Source: Longimicrobiales bacterium (GTDB taxonomy: Bacteria > Gemmatimonadota > Gemmatimonadetes > Longimicrobiales > Gaopeijiaceae). From it: a stretch of DNA of 64,000 nt. A program made the position numbers and the translations under genes. Numbering within the stretch: position 1 is the first letter of the stretch; every line of letters starts with the position of its first letter. The DNA lies in the NCBI GenBank assembly GCA_965198065.1, contig CBDAON010000004.1, positions 1,504,001 through 1,568,000 on the forward strand. Reading direction: 5' to 3'. Of this stretch, positions 17,822 through 28,006 are shown in pieces. The notes under the pieces were generated by a model. The model ran no database searches and was not told the origin of the DNA. It saw only the letters and a program-made list of their open reading frames with translations.

Positions 17822-19256
17822 GAGTGAGTCCCATCTTTAGTTGAAATTGAAGCGGCCTCCAACCTCAGGTAACGTGGGTGTGCGACCACACCACGGGATC
17901 ACAAGAGAGGAAGGAGGCCACCGATGGGAAGGATGCCAAGGCTCGTCGAGCGGGGGCAAGAAGGACCGGCGGCTCGGGGAACCGAGGGAGGTGAGTTGGG
18001 AGGAGATCGAGGCGCTGGAGCTGGACCCTCGGGTGGAGCTGATCCGGCAGCTGATTCCGCTGGGACTGGCGGAGGTGGGCCGGATGCTCGAGGAGGAAGT
18101 GGAGCAACTGGCGGGGCAACGTCACGCCAGGAAGACCGAGGACGATCGACATTGCCGGCATGGGCATAACCCAGGGTCGGTGCGGTTGGGCGGCCAGCGG
18201 CATCCGGTGCGAGTACCGCGGGTGCGAGGCCCGGCCGGAGAGTCGAGGCTGGCGGCGTATGAGCAGCTGCATGGCTCGCCCGGCGAGATGGACGAGGGGC
18301 TGTTTTCGGAAGGTGCTGCTCGGGATCTCGTGCCGGGACTACGAGGCAGCGGTCGAGGCGGTGCCTGGAGCCATCGGGCTGTCGAAGTCGACGGTCTCGC
18401 GGGAGTTCAAGAAGGCCACGGCCGCGAAGCTGAAGGAGTTTCAGGAGCGGGACCTCTCGGGTTACGACGTGGGGTGGCACTCGTCCTGGACGGCAAGAGC
18501 TTTGCCGAGGACGAGATGGTCGTCGCGCTCGGGGTGACGACCAAGGGGGACAAGGTCTTCCTCGGGTTCGTCCAGACCGACACGGAGAACGCCGTGGTGA
18601 TCCGATCCTTCCTTCGGAGTCTGAAGGACCGAGGTCTCGACCTGTCGGCCGGAGCGCTCGTGGTGATCGATGGAGCCCGCGGTCTCCGGAGCGGCGTCCT
18701 GGCGGTCTTCAAGGGACAGGTGCTCATCCAGCGGTGCCAGTGGCACAAGCGGGAGAACGTGATCTCGTATCTGCCGAGAGCGGAGCAGAAGGGCTGGCGC
18801 CAGCGTCTGCAGCGCGCCTACCAGCGGCCCACGTACGAAGAGGCCGTCAAGGACCTCAAGGCCCTGCGCCAGGAGCTCGCGGGGGTGAACCAGTCCGCGG
18901 CGGCCAGTCTCGATGAGGGGTTCGAGGAGACCCTCACCCTCCACCGGTTGGGAGTCTTCCCCCTGGTCGGCCAGTCGCTCAAGACCACCAACGTGCTCGA
19001 GTCCGTGAACGCCCTGGCCGAGCAGAGGTGCGGACGCGTGGACCACTGGAAGAACTCGAGCCAGAAGCACCGATGGCTCGCGACCACGCTCCTGGAGATC
19101 TAGTCACGGCTCCGGAGGTTGCTCGGGTACCGACACCTCCCGCTCCTCAGGGCCGCGATCCAGAAGGACCTCGGGATCACCCTTCCCGAGAGCCGTTCAC
19201 ATGCTGTCGCCTGAGACGGAGGCCGCTCCAGTTTCAACTAACTTTGGGATTGACTC
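17822..19256 (+). mobile_element. IS256-family element; transposase with frameshifts and a premature stop
   Basis: 39-bp imperfect IRs (GAGTGAGTCCCATCTTTAGTTGAAATTGAAGCGGCCTCC / reverse complement GAGTCAATCCCAAAGTTAGTTGAAACTGGAGCGGCCTCC); near-TSD GGAAATTC/GGGAATTC; LVLDG, VVIDGARGL, QRCQWHK, TTNVLES. Confidence 0.9.
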
Positions 19257-19574
19257 GGGAATTCTCCTGGACCACAAGAACGCAGGTCACCCCTCGGGCC
19301 CTGCTATATAGGCCCAAGAGCCACGCTAGCATGTTGGGTAACGGGCGTCAAATGTTTCCATCACGCAGCAGGAACGGGTGGATCCGGACCGCTCCGCGCA
19401 GCGGGTCCGGACCGAACCCGAGTGAGGATTTGGGGGGTGGGCTCGGAGACGTGCGACCGGCTCGACCCGGTTACGCTCCACAAGTGGAAGCCCCTCGGTA
19501 ACGGACCGCGCAGGCCAGCCCAGCCTGGACCCAGCCTGGACACTCACTTCACGCGGGGGTAGACTACCGGCACC

Positions 19575-20301
19575 ATGCCTCGTCAGCGTTCGCTGGACCG
19601 GCGGCGGCGTCCCTCGGCCGACCTTCCTCGGGTCGGCGCGCTCCTCCTCCTGGGATCGGTACTCTTCGGGCTTTCGCCCCACCCGGTCTCCGCGCAGGAC
19701 TCCCTCTTCGGGATCCAGCCAGGAGACGAGATCGAGATCCGCATCTTCACTCAGTCCGGGGAGCCCCTCGAGGCGGTGTAGGGCGTACGGTACGTGGACC
19801 GCGAGGGACACCTCTTCCTGCCGTTCGTCGGATCCGTCGAGGTGGGGGGGGCTCGACACGGCCGGCATCCGCGCCGCCCTCGAGCGTCGCTTCTCCTCGT
19901 TCTACGACAACCCTGTCGTGGACGTGACTACTCGGTTCCGCGTGAACGTGACCGGGGCGGTTAGAACCCCCGGGCATTACTTCGTGGTGCCGGGCGCGAC
20001 CATCCAGGACGCAGTGGCGCTCGCCGGTGGCATCACGTCCGAGCTCGACACCTCCGTTAGTGGCCAGGGGGGGTCGGACCCGAGCCAGGTGCGACTCATT
20101 CGGGGCGACACCGTCAGGATCCTGGACATGCGGGCCGAGCTCCTCACGAACCCCGAGACCCGCGAACCGGTCGTCTCGGGCGACTGGATTTTCGTCCCGA
20201 TCCGCGAAAGGGCCCGATTCCGCGAGAACCTGGACCTGGCTTCCAACGTGCTGACCGTTATTGGCTCCATCGCGGCGATCATCGTGGTGGTCACCCGATA
20301 G
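19575..20301 (+). pseudogene. Polysaccharide export/SLBB-domain (Wza-like) protein with internal stop and frameshift
   Basis: IQPGDEIEIRI; TAG at 19779; VDREGHLFLPFVGSVEV; VNVTGAVRTPGHY..AVALAGG. Confidence 0.7.
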
Positions 20302-20598
20302 GGCCCGAAGGGTCTCCGTCCCCGCCCGAGTCGCTTCGACCCAAATGAGCATGGCCCCGCCCCCCCGGCGGGCTTTCTCTTCAGGCCGGATGAACGGCCA
20401 ACCTCAGGTCCCTTCGGACAAACGGGCTTCGGCGCCAGCCTTCTTCTCGACGAGAGAAGCCGCCCCGACTTCCGTGATCTCTACGGCCACTACGCGTCCG
20501 GGGCAGGGTCGCTCCACGCCGCAGTCCGGCGGGTTCGGCTCGGCGGTATCGACCTGAAGGCCAGGGAGGTCGGCCACCTACGAGGTCTTCGGCTGCTG

Positions 20599-21054
20599 GT
20601 GGGCGAGGTGAACGCACTCGAGCTCTCCACGGAGGCGGATACGCTCGCAGCCGACCCCGAGCGACGAGCGCGCCTCTCGGTCTTGGCGGCGCTTCTCCGG
20701 GACGGCCGCCTCGAGGTTCGCGTCGCACCACTCGCGGGATGGATCCCGGACTTCTCGGTGTTCCTTCCGCCGGACTCGTCGCACACCGCTGAGGTTCCTG
20801 GGTCAGGGGGCTCGTCCACTCCCAGCCCTCATCGACTGAAGGTGCCCACGCTCATGGTCGGGACGCACTGGTTCGAGCGGCCGTTCCCGCACCCGGGCCC
20901 AGCGCTGGGCGTCGTGCTCCACGGAGAGGCGGCCCTCCGGGCGTTCCGACGATTCGACGAGACCTGGCGCGGCGGCCACGACCTGGCCGGACCGATCCAA
21001 GGGATTCTCGGGGACGCACTGGGCCGCGGCATCGTACGGCCGGAGGCGGGTTGA
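20599..21054 (+). CDS. Hypothetical protein (start uncertain, possibly disrupted upstream)
   Basis: GC3-biased frame; GWIPDFSVF, GTHWFERPFP. Confidence 0.45.
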   Translation: MGEVNALELSTEADTLAADPERRARLSVLAALLRDGRLEVRVAPLAGWIPDFSVFLPPDSSHTAEVPGSGGSSTPSPHRLKVPTLMVGTHWFERPFPHPGPALGVVLHGEAALRAFRRFDETWRGGHDLAGPIQGILGDALGRGIVRPEAG

Positions 21055-21080
21055 CACTTTCGTCCAGCGCGGGGTATTCA
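21051..21080 (+). promoter_or_regulatory. Putative sigma70 promoter of tRNA-Asn
   Basis: TTGACA-18 bp-TATTCA upstream of the tRNA. Confidence 0.5.
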
Positions 21081-21112
21081 TCTCGTGCCATGCGCCGATC
21101 GGCGCACGTCGA

Positions 21113-21185
21113 TCCCGCGTAGCTCAGCTGGTAGAGCAGCCGGCTGTTAACCGGCGGGTCGCAGGTTCGAGTCCTGCCGCGGGAG
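21113..21185 (+). tRNA. tRNA-Asn(GTT)
   Basis: Acceptor TCCCGCG/CGCGGGA, D-arm AGCTCAGCTGGTAGAGC, anticodon loop CTGTTAA, T-arm GGTTCGAGTCC; CCA not encoded. Confidence 0.97.
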
Positions 21186-21506
21186 TGGAACGGGGCAGTC
21201 GATGAGCGCTCTCCAGGCACACGCCTGGGGAGCGTCTTCGTGTGTCCTCGTTTCACGAGGCTCACCGAGATCGATCGAGTCAGAGGACGTCGGCCAGGCT
21301 CAGCTCACCTACGCGACATCCCGCCCCTCAAGCTGCAGCACACTGCCGTACGCGCGAGCTCAAGCGCCGGGCCACGGGCAACCCTCGCGTGCTCCCTTAG
21401 AGATCCCTCGCTAAGTACATACCCTACCTGGACCTTTGTGGCATAGCGCCTGTGCCGGAAGGTCCTCGAGCGCGGAGGCCGAGGTTCCCCCTCCCTCCCT
21501 GGTGCC

Positions 21507-21897
21507 TCAGCTCTTGGAGGGGAGGTCCAGGATGGCTCGCACTCGGGCGCCGAGCTCCTGGGGACTGAACGGCTTATGGAGAAGTGGGGTGTCGGGATCC
21601 AGGAGCCCCTGTCGCAGGAGGTCCTGGTCCGCGTATCCGGACATGAAGAACACCCGAATTCCCGGGCGGAAGCGCGTGACGCTCGCCGCGACCTCGAGGC
21701 CGTTCATGCCGGGCATCATGATGTCGGTGAGAAGGAGGTGGATCCGGCCCTGAAAGTTGCGCGCGAGCCGAAGGGCGTCCCTCTCCGCTCTCGGCCGACA
21801 GGACCGTGTACCCGAATCGCAGAAGCGCCTTGCGTGCCACGGCACGGACCGCCGCATCGTCCTCCACCAGGAGGACGGTCTCCGTTCCGACTGCCAT
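21507..21897 (-). CDS. Single-domain response regulator, frameshift near 21785
   Basis: ETVLLVEDD; LLLTDIMMPGMNG; FMSGY; KPFS. Confidence 0.8.
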
Positions 21898-22062
21898 GGC
21901 GGTTTCCAGCAAACGGGCTCCGGCCGAAGTGGCTCCCACGCGGCCACGCCCGATATTATACCACGGCCTCAGACCCGTCTAGACGAGCGGACCGTTCGTC
22001 AGGCCACTCCGGCGTTGGCGTCCCGGGAGGTCTACCGGTCGCCCGCTCCGGAGGTGTCACGA

Positions 22063-22470
22063 ATGATGCGGTTCCAGAGCGAGGTCAGGGTCCGAAGCTA
22101 CGAGCTCGACTCCCTCGGCCACGTGAACCACGCCGTGTACCTGAACTACTTCGAGCAGGCTCGCTGGGACGCGCTTGAGGCCGGGGGCTACTCGCACACC
22201 GCGCTCACGGACCGGGGCTGGGGGGTGCACGTGGTCCGCATCGAGGTGGGCTTCCGCAGAGAGTGTCGCCAGGGTCAGCGGCTCCACATCCTCACGCGCG
22301 TGGACAAGCTCCGGAGCTCCTCGGTAACCCTCTCGCACGAGCTCCGCCGAGTGGACGACGGACCCGACGCGGATCCGGCCGTCACCGCCAAGGTGGTGCT
22401 CGTCTGGGTGGGGAAGGACGGGCGACCCGTTCGGATTCCGGAAGAGGCACGGTGGGCTCTCGCGGGATGA
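22063..22470 (+). CDS. Acyl-CoA thioesterase (YbgC/4HBT family)
   Basis: ELDSLGHVNHAVYLNYFEQAR. Confidence 0.9.
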   Translation: MMRFQSEVRVRSYELDSLGHVNHAVYLNYFEQARWDALEAGGYSHTALTDRGWGVHVVRIEVGFRRECRQGQRLHILTRVDKLRSSSVTLSHELRRVDDGPDADPAVTAKVVLVWVGKDGRPVRIPEEARWALAG

Positions 22471-22522
22471 GTGGGTCCGGCGGCGCCCTCGCGAGCGTGG
22501 CGTGATGCGGCCCGCGGCTCCC

Positions 22523-22963
22523 TTACTCGAGAACGGTCGCACCGATGGGCGTCGTCCACTGCCGGACCCGCCCCCCCTGGATCAGGGTGAGCTCGATCTC
22601 CGTGGCGCCGGCCGCGGCACGGAACAGGTGGATCTCCCCAATCCCGTAGAGCTCCTGGGCGGGACGATCCACGTCCAGGATGCGTTGGTCGGCCCCGTCG
22701 GCTAGTCGGTATCCGATGGAATGGGCGGCCTCGCCGGAGATGCGAATCGTCTCGCCGTGCAGGTCGTAGGCGGCCACGGTATACGTCGCCGACGTGCCGG
22801 GCTCGCCGGGGGAGAGGGGGGGCAGGGCCTCGACGTCCCATCCGCCCGAGAGCGTCCACGTGGCCGCGACTTGGCCGCCCGAGCGGATCTCGAGCGAATA
22901 CATGTCCGTCCAGGCGGCCCCTCCTTCGCTGGAGTCGCGAGCAGGCCTGCACGCACCGCCCAC
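22523..22963 (-). CDS. Hypothetical protein, start unclear, downstream of a TonB-receptor remnant
   Basis: Beta-rich open frame; N-terminus looks degraded. Confidence 0.35.
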   Translation of the reverse strand: MGGACRPARDSSEGGAAWTDMYSLEIRSGGQVAATWTLSGGWDVEALPPLSPGEPGTSATYTVAAYDLHGETIRISGEAAHSIGYRLADGADQRILDVDRPAQELYGIGEIHLFRAAAGATEIELTLIQGGRVRQWTTPIGATVLE

Positions 22964-23042
22964 ACGAGCCGAGGGAACGCGAACTCACGGGGCCGGCGAT
23001 GCCTCCGGCTGCGACGCCTCCGCTCCAAACGCCGGTCGGGCG

Positions 23043-23245
23043 CAGAACGACGCGCGATCGACGAGTCGGACGTTTCGTCCGGGCTCCGGCCCCACGTCCT
23101 TCGTGCGGGACAGATGACCCCGCCACTCGGTGTCCAGGACGTTTTCGACGCCCAAGCTGAGTGAGTACGCACGCTCCCCCTCGAACTATCGGAGGTCGAA
23201 ACCCATGTCGATGAGGTGGTACCCATCGATGGCGAGATGCGGTCC
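23043..23245 (-). pseudogene. TonB-dependent receptor C-terminal remnant
   Basis: DGYHLIDMGFDLR*FEGERAYSLSLGVENVLDTEWRGHLSRTKDVGPEPGRNVRLVDRASF matches the TBDR C-terminal signature. Confidence 0.65.
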
Positions 23246-23434
23246 TGCTCCGCGCCTCCCTTCGCCTCGACAGTAACGAAAAATGTGACCGTGTCTCGTG
23301 CCGGGCGCGTAGACGACCCGTACAGCGGAGGGATCTGGGGAGGCGGGTCGCCACTGGGCCGGTGCTCGGCGCGCACGTAGCTCGCCGGGGTCTCAAGCAC
23401 CGGTTCGCGACGGGCCTCCACCCCCACCTGCCTG

Positions 23435-24502
23435 TTGGTACCGCCGCAAGGAACAGGAGGGCGACCGCCCGGGCGGGGACGGCCAGTGGAACGCGAGTGG
23501 ATCTGGCGGGTGCCTGCATTCCAGCCACACGGTGGCCGTCCGCGCACGAAGCCCTACTCACGATCGCCTGGAACGCTATTGAGAATCGATCCTCATGGCC
23601 ACGACTCTGCACGGCCCGGAGAGTCACGGTTCCGATCGAGCGCCGGGCGCGCCGTCGTTCCCCAATCTGTCGGAAACGACGTGCTGGATCTCGAGCATCC
23701 TAGGTGCGGGGACCGCCCGCCCGGGGACCGGCTTCTGGCCCGCATCCTCGCTCCCGGCGAGGAGGGGTGGCTCGAGGACGGAGGCCCGCCGGAGCTCCGG
23801 GCGGTTCGACTCTGGACGCTCTGGGCCGCCAAGGAGGCGGCCTTCAAGGTGCTAAGCAAGCTGGGCCGCGGGAGGAGCGTCTTTCGACCCGCCCAGATCT
23901 CCTGCGACCTTCAGATCCTCCCCTCGAACGGAGAGCCGTGGGCTCCGGGCGAACGGCCGAACCCAATCGAGAGCCTCGGGCCCCCGCGAGGAGCCGGCTC
24001 GGCTCGGCCACCCCTCCGCATCGTCGGGTCGGCTCTGGGCGACCACGCTGACGAGGAGGTTCGGATCGAGGGGACGTCCGGGGGCTCGTTCGTGCACGTG
24101 GTCGGATGGTGCGAAGAGCCAGCGGGCTCGGGGCGCGGCCGCCTGGAGGTTGGCCTCGAGCAGATTGCCGCCAACGACCCGGCCCCGAAGCTCGAGGCCA
24201 TGCGCCCCCACTTCACCGCGGCGGAATGGGAGGGCGTCAACTCCGTCGCCTCGGCGCGCGTCCGCCTTCTCGCTCGCGCCCGCCTGGAGGCAGAGCTGCG
24301 CAGGGACCCCCCGCCCGTGGGACCCTCGGGCACTACTCCGTGGCCGGTCGAGATCGTGACCCGACGCGTCGGCCCGCGTGGATCGCTCCCACGGGTCCAT
24401 CTCGGAGGACGGGAGCGGCCCGACGTGAGCCTCTCGCTCTCACACCACGGGCGTTACGTCGCCTGGGCGATCCTGTTTACAGCGACGGACGAAACTGCAT
24501 GA
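23435..24502 (+). CDS. 4'-phosphopantetheinyl transferase superfamily protein (true start probably near 23650)
   Basis: VGNDVLDL, LWAAKEAAFK, SLSHHGRYVAW. Confidence 0.75.
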   Translation: MVPPQGTGGRPPGRGRPVEREWIWRVPAFQPHGGRPRTKPYSRSPGTLLRIDPHGHDSARPGESRFRSSAGRAVVPQSVGNDVLDLEHPRCGDRPPGDRLLARILAPGEEGWLEDGGPPELRAVRLWTLWAAKEAAFKVLSKLGRGRSVFRPAQISCDLQILPSNGEPWAPGERPNPIESLGPPRGAGSARPPLRIVGSALGDHADEEVRIEGTSGGSFVHVVGWCEEPAGSGRGRLEVGLEQIAANDPAPKLEAMRPHFTAAEWEGVNSVASARVRLLARARLEAELRRDPPPVGPSGTTPWPVEIVTRRVGPRGSLPRVHLGGRERPDVSLSLSHHGRYVAWAILFTATDETA

Positions 24503-25625
24503 GGAACGAGCCGCCGTACCGCTGGAAGTAGGCCCCGCCGATCTCGGTCTCCGCGCGGGTCCAACCCACGCGAACGGTTCCGGCGAGGTTACGCGCGACG
24601 GCCCGGGACAACGAGACGTAGGCGAGTGAGGCGTTGTCCGCCTCTTCGCCCGGAAGGAGACGGGCGAAGCCCGTGGGGTGCAGGTACTGCTTTCCGGTCA
24701 CGGCACCGTACACCGCCAGGGCTACGCCTCCCGGGAGCGACGTCGAGTAGAGGCCCCGGAGCGTGAAGGCGTCGTACTCGGGCCGGTTCGAGTTGGAGCG
24801 GTTGGCCCGTCCGTCGAGCTCGATCTGGATGACGTGAGGCCCCTCGTAGGTCCACGAAGCGCCTCCGAAATACGTGCGGTCCCTTCGGACCGGATCGGCG
24901 CCGTCGAAGGTGGCCTGCTTTGGGTAGCGGCTCGCCTCCACGGCAGCGAACAGCCGAAGGGTGGTGGCGCCGTTTCCGGGCAGCGTCGCTCCCAGCTCCG
25001 CGCGGAGCCCATCCCGGTCGAGGAGTCGCACCTGCGGGGCAAACCGCGGTGCGAAGTAGTCGCTCCTCGAGCCGCCGGCCCGGAGGTCGTAGAGGACCCT
25101 TCGGGGCCCCAGAACGTCCAGTCCCACGCTGCCCTCGACGGCGCGGTACCCCGGCTGGAGGAAGAGCGGCATGGGCGGCCGGTCCTCCACGTGCCGCCCC
25201 CGGACGCGAGCCCTGAGGTCGAGCGTGGCTCGGCCCCCCAGGGGGTAGCGGTGCCCCGCGTCGAGCGTCCCGACCCATTCCCGGGGCGCGTAGTCCTTCA
25301 ACTCAAATCCCCGAGCTGAGAACTGACGGAGCCCGCCGTCGAACGACACGACGAGGCTCCCGCGTCCCTCGGTGCCGTAGATCACGTCGGTCCGGAGGGC
25401 CACCTCGCCGACCACGGCCGAGGCGAACTCCGTCGAGTCGGTGACGGGGACGCTCACGGCGCGGAGGTTCCCCTGGTAACCCTCGGCCGATGCGCCCGCC
25501 GTCACGACCAGATCGCCCAGGGTGAGCTGCGCGCCGGCCCCGGCGGGCCAGGCGAGGACTACGAGGAGCGAAGCCGCCCGAAGGGCCCCCGGCGCCGGGC
25601 GCGTCCAGATGCTCCGCGCGCTCAT
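24477..25625 (-). CDS. Exported probable outer-membrane beta-barrel protein
   Basis: Signal peptide AGAGAQ; amphipathic beta strands. Confidence 0.65.
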   Translation of the reverse strand: MSARSIWTRPAPGALRAASLLVVLAWPAGAGAQLTLGDLVVTAGASAEGYQGNLRAVSVPVTDSTEFASAVVGEVALRTDVIYGTEGRGSLVVSFDGGLRQFSARGFELKDYAPREWVGTLDAGHRYPLGGRATLDLRARVRGRHVEDRPPMPLFLQPGYRAVEGSVGLDVLGPRRVLYDLRAGGSRSDYFAPRFAPQVRLLDRDGLRAELGATLPGNGATTLRLFAAVEASRYPKQATFDGADPVRRDRTYFGGASWTYEGPHVIQIELDGRANRSNSNRPEYDAFTLRGLYSTSLPGGVALAVYGAVTGKQYLHPTGFARLLPGEEADNASLAYVSLSRAVARNLAGTVRVGWTRAETEIGGAYFQRYGGSFLMQFRPSL

Positions 25626-26554
25626 CCCGGAGACCCCACGGTCGCGAGCTCGCGGAAGACCTGAGCCTGTGTGCGCGCCCGGTCGCGGTACAGGATCGTC
25701 TGGGCGAACAGAGCCTGGAAGATGCCCAGCTGATCGGGAAGGGAGCGCCCCGCGAGGATCGACGGTGCGGAGCCGTTGGGCTCGGTAGAGGGGAGCCGCG
25801 CGTCCGTCCCCAGCTGGCCGCCGGGCGAGATATCAGAGTCGTACCTCCGGAGGCCCTGGAGAAGGCCCACCGCGTTCTGCATCTGCAGGATCCTCGCCTC
25901 GACGAGCGCGATCTCTCCCTCGATCCACGTGATGACCACGTCGTACTGAGACGCCCGCTCCTCCATAAACGCGGCCTTGAAGCTCAGGTCGCTAGGCGTG
26001 TCGCGGGGAGTCACGGTGAGTTCGGGCGCAGGCCGGAGGGCGATCTGCTCCTCGATCTGCGAGCCGGCGGCCTCGAGCTGGTCGGCGCGCTCCCCGTTCT
26101 GATCCCATTCGGCGAGGAGTTGCGCCCGGCGCTCGGGATTCGTCTCGAGCTCCAGAGCGGACAGGATCTCCACGTCCCGTGCATCCAGAACCGCGAGGAG
26201 CGTTCGGCGCGCTGCCTCCAGGCCCACCGCAGCCGCATCCGCCTGGGTTTGGGCGTCCATCGCCTGGACCGCCAGCGTGGTGAAGCGCGCCAGGGCGCCC
26301 TCGTACGCCGGCGTGCCCCGGGATGCCTCTACTTGGTCCAGCGAGATCTCGTATGCCTCGAACGCACTCCGGTATTCCCCGAGCCGCTGATCAAGGACGG
26401 CCTGGGCATTCTGGCGCTGCTCCTCGGCCTGGGCGACGGTGATCTGGGCCGAGCCGGGCCGGGCGGTGACGGCGAGGGCCATTACCAGGAGACCGAACGA
26501 GAGGCCCAAAGCGGGCCGGGATCGGCCCCAGCGGGACCGGCGACCGCAGCTCAT
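25622..26554 (-). CDS. Exported coiled-coil hypothetical protein
   Basis: Signal peptide; Ala/Glu/Gln-rich helices; ATGA overlaps with both neighbours. Confidence 0.65.
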   Translation of the reverse strand: MSCGRRSRWGRSRPALGLSFGLLVMALAVTARPGSAQITVAQAEEQRQNAQAVLDQRLGEYRSAFEAYEISLDQVEASRGTPAYEGALARFTTLAVQAMDAQTQADAAAVGLEAARRTLLAVLDARDVEILSALELETNPERRAQLLAEWDQNGERADQLEAAGSQIEEQIALRPAPELTVTPRDTPSDLSFKAAFMEERASQYDVVITWIEGEIALVEARILQMQNAVGLLQGLRRYDSDISPGGQLGTDARLPSTEPNGSAPSILAGRSLPDQLGIFQALFAQTILYRDRARTQAQVFRELATVGSPG

Positions 26555-27960
26555 GCTCCGATCCCGTACTTTTCCAGCTTGTAGTAGAGAGCGCTCGGCT
26601 TCAGGCCGAGGAGACGGGCCGCCTCCGCCTTCACCCCTCCGGCCTGATCGAGCGCATGCCTGAGGAGCCGCTCCTCCATCCTCTCCACGATCCGGTTCAG
26701 GTCCATGCCGTCGGTGGTGAGGACCGGCCCCGCGTCTCCCTCGTCGCTCGATTCACCTCCATCGAACGCGGGCAGGTCGTCCGGCTCGAGGGTCTCCCCA
26801 TCCGCGAGGACGAGGGCCCGCTCGAGCACGTTCTCGAGCTCGCGGACGTTCCCGGGCCAGGCATAGGCGGCCAGCTTCTCGAGGGTCCGCGGGTCGACTC
26901 CCCGCACGGGCGAACGCGTGCGGTCACGCAGCTTCTCGACAAAGTGCGCGACCAGGACGGGGATGTCGTCCCGTCGCTCGCGCAGAGGGGGCAGCGTGAT
27001 CGGGACGACGTGAAGGCGATAGAACAGGTCCTCCCGAAAGCCGTTCCCCTGGAGGAGCTGTTCGCGCGGCTGGTTGGTGGCCGCGATGATGCGCACGTCG
27101 ACGGGGATCGTTTCCTCGCCCCCGACCCGCTCGAGCTCGCGCTCCTGCAGGACGCGGAGGAGGCGAACCTGGGTCTGCGGCGCCACGCTCGCGATCTCGT
27201 CCAGGAAGAGGGTCCCTCCGTTGGCCAGCTCGAAGCGGCCGCGCCGCCGCCGCTCGGCACCCGTGAACGCTCCCTTTTCGTGTCCGAACAGCTCCGAGTC
27301 GAGGAGGCTCTCCGAGAGCGCGCCGCAGTTCACTCGGACGAACGCGCCTTCGCCCCTGGACGACCCCGCGTGAATCGCACGGGCGAGGAGCTCCTTCCCC
27401 GTGCCGGACTCCCCGTAGATCATGACCGTGGATTCGCTGCGGGCCACGCGGTCGATCCAGCGGTACACCTCCTCCATGGCCTCGGACTGCCCGATGATGG
27501 CACCGTACCTAGGCTCGAGCTCCCGGTCCAGCCCCTCTTTCAGGTAGGTGTTCTCCACCCGGAGCGACCGGTTCTCCATGTGGAGGCGGCGCCGCTCTTC
27601 CATCGTCTGCACGAGCCGGTCCACCTTCACGCCGAACTCCTCGGGGGAAAAAGGCTTCGTTATGAAGTCCACGGCCCCGAGCTTCATCGCGTCCACCGCC
27701 TTCTCGATCGTCCCGTAGCCGGTAATGACCAAGACCTCGGTGTGCGGGTAACGCTCCCGGACGGAGCGAAGTACCTCCATCCCGTCCATCTTGGCCATCT
27801 TGAGGTCGGTGATGACGAGATCGGCTCCACCCTCCTCGAGGAGCTCCATGCCTCGGGCGCCGCTCTCGGCCGCGAGCGTCCGGTGGCCCCTGCGGCGGAG
27901 GAGTAGCTCGAGCCCCTCCCGCATGGAGTCGTGGTCGTCGATGATGACAATCTGTGCCAT
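26551..27960 (-). CDS. Sigma54-dependent response regulator (NtrC/AtoC family)
   Basis: Receiver IIDD/TDLKM; GESGTGKE; GAFTGA; WPGNVRELEN; Fis-type HTH. Confidence 0.95.
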   Translation of the reverse strand: MAQIVIIDDHDSMREGLELLLRRRGHRTLAAESGARGMELLEEGGADLVITDLKMAKMDGMEVLRSVRERYPHTEVLVITGYGTIEKAVDAMKLGAVDFITKPFSPEEFGVKVDRLVQTMEERRRLHMENRSLRVENTYLKEGLDRELEPRYGAIIGQSEAMEEVYRWIDRVARSESTVMIYGESGTGKELLARAIHAGSSRGEGAFVRVNCGALSESLLDSELFGHEKGAFTGAERRRRGRFELANGGTLFLDEIASVAPQTQVRLLRVLQERELERVGGEETIPVDVRIIAATNQPREQLLQGNGFREDLFYRLHVVPITLPPLRERRDDIPVLVAHFVEKLRDRTRSPVRGVDPRTLEKLAAYAWPGNVRELENVLERALVLADGETLEPDDLPAFDGGESSDEGDAGPVLTTDGMDLNRIVERMEERLLRHALDQAGGVKAEAARLLGLKPSALYYKLEKYGIGA

Positions 27961-28006
27961 GGTCCGCGTCGGATGCACCGGATAGGGGATCAGGGCCGAC
28001 GGTTGG

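Noticed and set aside
21186..21500. Island integrated at tRNA-Asn
   Set aside because: No adjacent integrase and no duplicated tRNA 3' end found
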